A stretch of DNA of 64,000 bases from an uncultured bacterium (lineage in GTDB: Bacteria > Acidobacteriota > HRBIN11 > JAKEFK01). Position numbers and translations under genes: made by a program. The notes beneath the pieces were generated by a model, which was given only the letters and a program-made list of their open reading frames with translations, had not been told where the DNA came from and did no database searches. Each line of letters starts with the position of its first letter. Position 1 is the first letter of the stretch. Location of the stretch: positions 256,001 to 320,000 of the forward strand of contig CAVZQN010000008.1 of the NCBI GenBank assembly GCA_963777505.1, read 5' to 3'. Shown one piece after another: positions 59,441-64,000 of the stretch.

Positions 59441-60658
59441 ATGCTGAAATCAGAAATAATTGCTATCGGTTCAGAACTCCTTACTCCTTTCCGCTCTGAT
59501 ACAAACTCGCTCTATCTCACAAGATCTCTCGAAGAACGCGGCATAAAAGTCGTAGCAAAGAGCATTATCGGCGATGATCTCCCAGATATTGTCCGTGCAT
59601 TCTCAATTGCCTTTGATCGAAGTGACATCATCATTATTACCGGAGGACTCGGTCCTACTGTTGATGATCTTACCCGTGATGCACTTTCAGAGTTTCTATC
59701 TGTAAAGCTTGTACTCGATGAAAAAGTGCTTCAATCAATTGCAGATCGTTTTAACATTCGCGGGATACGCATGCCGGAGATTAACAAAAAGCAGGCGATG
59801 GTCCCTGAAGGTGCGGTTGTACTTGAAAATCACAACGGCACTGCTCCTGGGCTTTTCCTGGAAACACGTGGCAAGCAAGTTTTCTTGCTTCCAGGTCCAC
59901 CGTTTGAAATGGAGCCTATGTGGGAGAAGTATTGCATTGCGCGGCTAAAAACAGATGATCCATTTATTCGGCATATTTTTCGAATTGCGATGATGCCGGA
60001 ATCCAGAGTCGATGAACTTGTAAAGCCTGTAACTGAAAAACTGAAAGAGACTCAATACACAATTCTTGCCTCACCTGCTGAAATTGAAATTCATTTGTTA
60101 GCGCAAAGCCGTTCTGCCAGCGAACTTTCCTGGGCACGTGATGAAATAAAAAATATTTTGGGAAACAGAATTTATACAGAAGGGCTTTTCAAATTGGAAG
60201 AAGTAGTCGCGGCGATGCTAACGAAGGCCAGGTTGACTGTCAGTGTAGCTGAATCATGCACTGGAGGATTGCTAGCTCATCGTTTAACCCAAATTCCGGG
60301 AAGTTCTAAATATTTTGACCGCGGAGTTGTTGTCTATAGCAACAGAGCCAAAGTACAAATGCTTGAGATTCCAATGGAATTAATTGAACTACATGGAGCT
60401 GTCAGTGCGCCGGTTGCAATCGAAATGAGCGAGGAAATCAGGGCACTCTCACGGTCCGATATTGGAATCGGAATTACAGGTATTGCCGGCCCAGATGGAG
60501 GAACTCCTGAAAAACCAGTTGGACTCGTTTATATTGCACTTGCTGACTTACACACCACTCGTGTTGAAAAGTATCACTTCCCACAGGGACGTGATCGCGT
60601 AAAATTTATGTCAACTCAAGCTGCGTTAAATCTTCTGCGATTGCGCTTACTTCAATAA
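59441..60658 (+). CDS. cinA: Competence/damage-inducible protein CinA (MoCF domain + PncC)
   Basis: GSELL..DTNS, GGLGPT.DDLT, AESCTGG, GIAGPDGG..KPVG. Confidence 0.95.
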   Translation: MLKSEIIAIGSELLTPFRSDTNSLYLTRSLEERGIKVVAKSIIGDDLPDIVRAFSIAFDRSDIIIITGGLGPTVDDLTRDALSEFLSVKLVLDEKVLQSIADRFNIRGIRMPEINKKQAMVPEGAVVLENHNGTAPGLFLETRGKQVFLLPGPPFEMEPMWEKYCIARLKTDDPFIRHIFRIAMMPESRVDELVKPVTEKLKETQYTILASPAEIEIHLLAQSRSASELSWARDEIKNILGNRIYTEGLFKLEEVVAAMLTKARLTVSVAESCTGGLLAHRLTQIPGSSKYFDRGVVVYSNRAKVQMLEIPMELIELHGAVSAPVAIEMSEEIRALSRSDIGIGITGIAGPDGGTPEKPVGLVYIALADLHTTRVEKYHFPQGRDRVKFMSTQAALNLLRLRLLQ

Positions 60659-60682
60659 ATTTTGCATCTCCATGGTGAATAG

Positions 60683-61234
60683 ATGAGGCTCTTTGTTGCG
60701 ATCGGATTGCCACAAGAAATTGAAAAGATGATTGAAGAGTTTCAAAATGATTTCAAGCCATTTGCGCGCGACGCAAAATGGGTAAACCCGAAAAATATTC
60801 ATTTAACACTAAAATTTCTCGGCGAAGTTAAAGAAGAAAAAATTCCAGAGCTTCAGGAAGTTCTTACGAAAGCTGCCGAAGGTTCTACATCAGTCCCAAT
60901 CGCAGTTCAAGGGTGCGGCTTTTTTCCAAATTCGCGCAGACCTTCTGTATTCTGGGCAGGTGTTGTTTCAGAGCCGTTGCATGCTTTGCAGAAAAGCATC
61001 GAAGACTCCACAGAGCGTCTGGGATTTGAAGGAGAAAACCGGCCATACAGTCCGCATCTTACTCTCGCACGTTTTAAAGATCCGCACGGTCGACTCCCAA
61101 TCGCACAGGAAGCGGAAAAACGAAAAGATTTTCAATTTGGTAACTTCATCGCATCCAACTTTTCGCTGTATCAAAGTGTTTTAAAACGGACCGGCGCAGA
61201 ATATAGCGTGCTGAGATCTTTTTCACTAAGCTAA
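60683..61234 (+). CDS. thpR: RNA 2',3'-cyclic phosphodiesterase (2H family)
   Basis: MRLFVAI, two HxT motifs (HLTLKFLG, PHLTLAR). Confidence 0.95.
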   Translation: MRLFVAIGLPQEIEKMIEEFQNDFKPFARDAKWVNPKNIHLTLKFLGEVKEEKIPELQEVLTKAAEGSTSVPIAVQGCGFFPNSRRPSVFWAGVVSEPLHALQKSIEDSTERLGFEGENRPYSPHLTLARFKDPHGRLPIAQEAEKRKDFQFGNFIASNFSLYQSVLKRTGAEYSVLRSFSLS

Positions 61235-61235
61235 G

Positions 61236-62531
61236 TCACATCCGAGTCACGGATATTTTCTTAAATCCAGCATAAATTCGTTTGAATCCAACTGCAGCAA
61301 AAATTGCAATCAGCGGTGTAAGGGGGAATCGATAGCGTCCGAGGGGGAAAAAAGCAAGAGTATGAAACAACGTCCAGGCAACAATAAACAAAAGGAATAA
61401 ATAGACACGGGGATCTTCGGCGTTTTTGATTGATACGAAAATTCCCGCAGCACAACCAAGCAAAATGAACATGTAATAGGCTTGGGAAACCATAAAAAGC
61501 AACAACTTGATATAGCCTGGGGCAGGAATTTCCAATCTATTTACAATGGACAAGACTTCACCGGCAGAAAAAATGCGTGGAAGTCCCGCATTATGTAAAA
61601 GTCCATCAATGTCTGCGTACCAAAACTTGTATAGTTTTTTCGGAAAGTTCAACACTGGAGCTGCAGGATGTTGTTTCAAGAAATCGAAGGCTTCACGGTA
61701 AGCGAGTTTCTCAGCTGCAAGTTCCTCTTTAGGCGATGAAGCACGCCTGAGCCAGTTTGCCGTGAACCGCTCCGGTGTCTCTACGAATCTTCCTTGAACC
61801 TGGCCGAGCCAGAAGTTCACACCACCATTGGTCGAAACTAAAACAAAATTGTTAAAGACCAAAGCATTTCTGATTACCCATGGAAGAAGGACACTCGTCA
61901 TTCCAAGTACGACCACAACAAACGCATTTACTACTTTTTTGACAGGAAGCGTTTTGATCCACTTCCAGTAAATCAAAAATATGAATGGCATGAAAATCGG
62001 GACTGATCGAATAAGGCACGTCAATCCTAAAAACACGCCTCCCAAAAACAATGCTCCGCCGCTGAGTTCCTCGCTTTTGCTTGTTGTAACCAAATACATG
62101 GTGATCAGAAGAAAAGTTGCAAATAAAACTTCAGTTGTAAGAAGGCTTGTAAAAAAAATCTGACTTGGAAAGATAGTCATTATCGCTAGAGTGATTCTCG
62201 CAGTCTGCCTTTCAAATACCTGCTTCGCAAGCAAGTACGCAAAAAGACAGATAAACGTACTAAGGACAACATTTGCAATTTTCGCAGCAATCGGATGGGG
62301 TCCTGCAATCCAATAAATAACCGCGAGAAATGCTGGATAACCGACCGGAAAAAATGCAGTGGGTGTCCCCTCATAATGATATTTGTGCACACTTACCAGG
62401 CCCTTTGCAGTCATATCAAACCATGGGGCATCTCCAAGAAGCTGATTGTTTATTGTAAGCACCCATGCAAGACGTAGAAGAAATGCTATAGAGAGCATTA
62501 TGAAAATCTCTTTTTTTTCCGAAGGGCTCAT
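61236..62531 (-). CDS. GT-C fold membrane glycosyltransferase (ArnT/PMT family 39-like)
   Basis: Multi-TM; GDA..F, PVGYPAFLA, TEVLF, PW..RN, STNGGVNFW.G, RYRFP. Confidence 0.8.
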   Translation of the reverse strand: MSPSEKKEIFIMLSIAFLLRLAWVLTINNQLLGDAPWFDMTAKGLVSVHKYHYEGTPTAFFPVGYPAFLAVIYWIAGPHPIAAKIANVVLSTFICLFAYLLAKQVFERQTARITLAIMTIFPSQIFFTSLLTTEVLFATFLLITMYLVTTSKSEELSGGALFLGGVFLGLTCLIRSVPIFMPFIFLIYWKWIKTLPVKKVVNAFVVVVLGMTSVLLPWVIRNALVFNNFVLVSTNGGVNFWLGQVQGRFVETPERFTANWLRRASSPKEELAAEKLAYREAFDFLKQHPAAPVLNFPKKLYKFWYADIDGLLHNAGLPRIFSAGEVLSIVNRLEIPAPGYIKLLLFMVSQAYYMFILLGCAAGIFVSIKNAEDPRVYLFLLFIVAWTLFHTLAFFPLGRYRFPLTPLIAIFAAVGFKRIYAGFKKISVTRM

Positions 62532-62624
62532 AATATTTTTTGAATGATAACATTCCACACTCTTCAGACAAAGTTTCGGTTCATTCTTGGCTTTTCTTCT
62601 TGTTTAATGTGAAACTCATATTGT

Positions 62625-63227
62625 ATGAATTGGAAGCTTGCTGCCATTCCTGTTGTGGCTTACTTCATTGGCGCGATTCCATTTTCCTATGTTGTTACGC
62701 GATGGAAAACTGGAGGCGACATTCGTTTGATGGGCAGCAAGAACGTAGGGGCGACCAATGTTCTACGGACGTCCGGCAAAGTGGCAGGATTCGCGGCTCT
62801 AATTCTGGATGTGCTGAAAGGGGCCGCCGCCGTTTATATCGGCAAGTTACTTGGAGGATCAGAATTCTGGGCAGCTTTTGCAGGATTTTGTTCGGTTGTT
62901 GGTCACAGTTTTCCAATCTTTCTTAACTTCCGCGGAGGAAGGAGCGTGGCTACGGGAGCCGGCTCATTTTTAGTCCTGTGTCCTTTTGGAATTCTGTCAG
63001 CAATCGGAATATTTATTGTTCTGTTGTTTTCATTTCGCATTGTTTCTCTCGCTTCAATTATCGCTTCGGCTTCCTTTCCATTCTTTGCATGGCTCTACGG
63101 CGAACAAAATAGTGTTATTTTGTGGGGTGGCATTTCCGCCGGATGGATTATCTTAAGGCATTGGGAAAATCTAGTACGATTAGTTCAAGGAAGCGAAAGA
63201 AAAATGGGAGAAGGCAAAAATGCCTAA
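62625..63227 (+). CDS. plsY: Glycerol-3-phosphate acyltransferase
   Basis: GSKNVGATN, DVLKG, GHSFPIF..FRGGRSVAT, RHWEN. Confidence 0.96.
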   Translation: MNWKLAAIPVVAYFIGAIPFSYVVTRWKTGGDIRLMGSKNVGATNVLRTSGKVAGFAALILDVLKGAAAVYIGKLLGGSEFWAAFAGFCSVVGHSFPIFLNFRGGRSVATGAGSFLVLCPFGILSAIGIFIVLLFSFRIVSLASIIASASFPFFAWLYGEQNSVILWGGISAGWIILRHWENLVRLVQGSERKMGEGKNA

Positions 63228-64000
63228 ACAAACTGCAATCGTAGGTGCTGGAAGCTGGGGCACTGCCCTCGCGATTCACGCAGCCAGGTGCAGCCACGAC
63301 GTAAAATTATGGGTTCATAGCGAGGACACGCTTAAAACCCTGACGGATAGACGAGAAAATGAAATCTATCTTCCAGGATTTCCACTGCCTGAAAACGTTA
63401 CCACAACGTCAGATAAATCCTGCGTTTCAAACGCAGATTACGTAATTTTTGCTGTCCCCTCAATCCATTTTCGGGAGACGTTCAAAAATATCCTCCCTTA
63501 CTTGCGCGACGGATCTATTCTTATTAGTTCCATTAAAGGGATGGAACCCGATAGCAGTATGCGCATTTCCGAAATTGTAAAAGAAATATCAGGAGAGCGA
63601 TTTGTTTATTCAGTTCTATCAGGTCCTAGTTTTGCGAAAGAAGTAGCAGAACAAAATCCGACTGCCGTAGTAATCGGTAGTGATCACAAAGAAATAGGAA
63701 AAGAAATTCAAAATAATTTTAAATCGTCCTATTTCAGACTTTATTACAACCCTGATGTTCTTGGGATCGAAATCGGCGGAAGTGTGAAAAATATTATTGC
63801 GATTGCTGGTGGCGTTGTCAGCGGTCTGGGCTATGGCTACAATACTCTATCCGGTTTGATTACCAGAGGACTTACCGAAGTCAACAGGCTTGCCGTGAAC
63901 CTTGGAGCAAATCAATCTACATTAATGGGATTGGCAGGACTCGGCGATTTAGTTCTAACATGCACCGGTCACTTAAGCAGGAACAGGCAAGTTGGCGTCG
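63220..64000 (+). CDS. gpsA: NAD(P)H-dependent glycerol-3-phosphate dehydrogenase, partial (runs off window)
   Basis: Manual translation MPKQTAIVGAGSWGTALA..SGPSFAKEV..KNIIAIA..GLAGLGDLVLTC..SRNR. Confidence 0.95.
   Translation, partial: MPKQTAIVGAGSWGTALAIHAARCSHDVKLWVHSEDTLKTLTDRRENEIYLPGFPLPENVTTTSDKSCVSNADYVIFAVPSIHFRETFKNILPYLRDGSILISSIKGMEPDSSMRISEIVKEISGERFVYSVLSGPSFAKEVAEQNPTAVVIGSDHKEIGKEIQNNFKSSYFRLYYNPDVLGIEIGGSVKNIIAIAGGVVSGLGYGYNTLSGLITRGLTEVNRLAVNLGANQSTLMGLAGLGDLVLTCTGHLSRNRQVGV

Overview
A 64 kb bacterial chromosomal window of mostly housekeeping genes. The gene order rplM-rpsI-rpsB-tsf-pyrH-frr, a PheT lacking its OB domain, the pilB-pilT-pilC-pilS-pilR cluster and a split nuo operon suggest Acidobacteriota or a related lineage; this taxonomy is inference. 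Contents in order: two GT4 glycosyltransferases, an MCP with an orphan substrate-binding protein, type IV pilus motor and regulator genes, a Ser/Thr kinase-TPR protein, an OvoA-type methyltransferase behind a His/Pro repeat protein, tRNA-Val, thrS-infC-rpmI-rplT-pheST-zapB-zapA-6S RNA-rny-ymdB-xseAB-ispA-tlyA-nadK, translation genes, copA, sdhCAB, three sigma54-driven secreted-protein units, a DHS-family enzyme, nuoE-JKLMN, pgpA-cinA-thpR and plsY-gpsA. No CRISPR array, transposase or prophage was seen. Four genes carry single-base frameshifts, most likely assembly indels. The most notable signals are: (1) an orientation-biased 18-bp repeat (11 copies) whose arms abut stop and start codons and bracket two inserted orphan genes; (2) a 24-aa His/Pro repeat protein coupled to a histidine-N-methyltransferase-like enzyme; (3) three sigma54 promoters ahead of exported proteins of unknown role; (4) a signal-peptide-bearing atypical kinase-fold protein; (5) a beta-clamp-binding-like motif on XseA.
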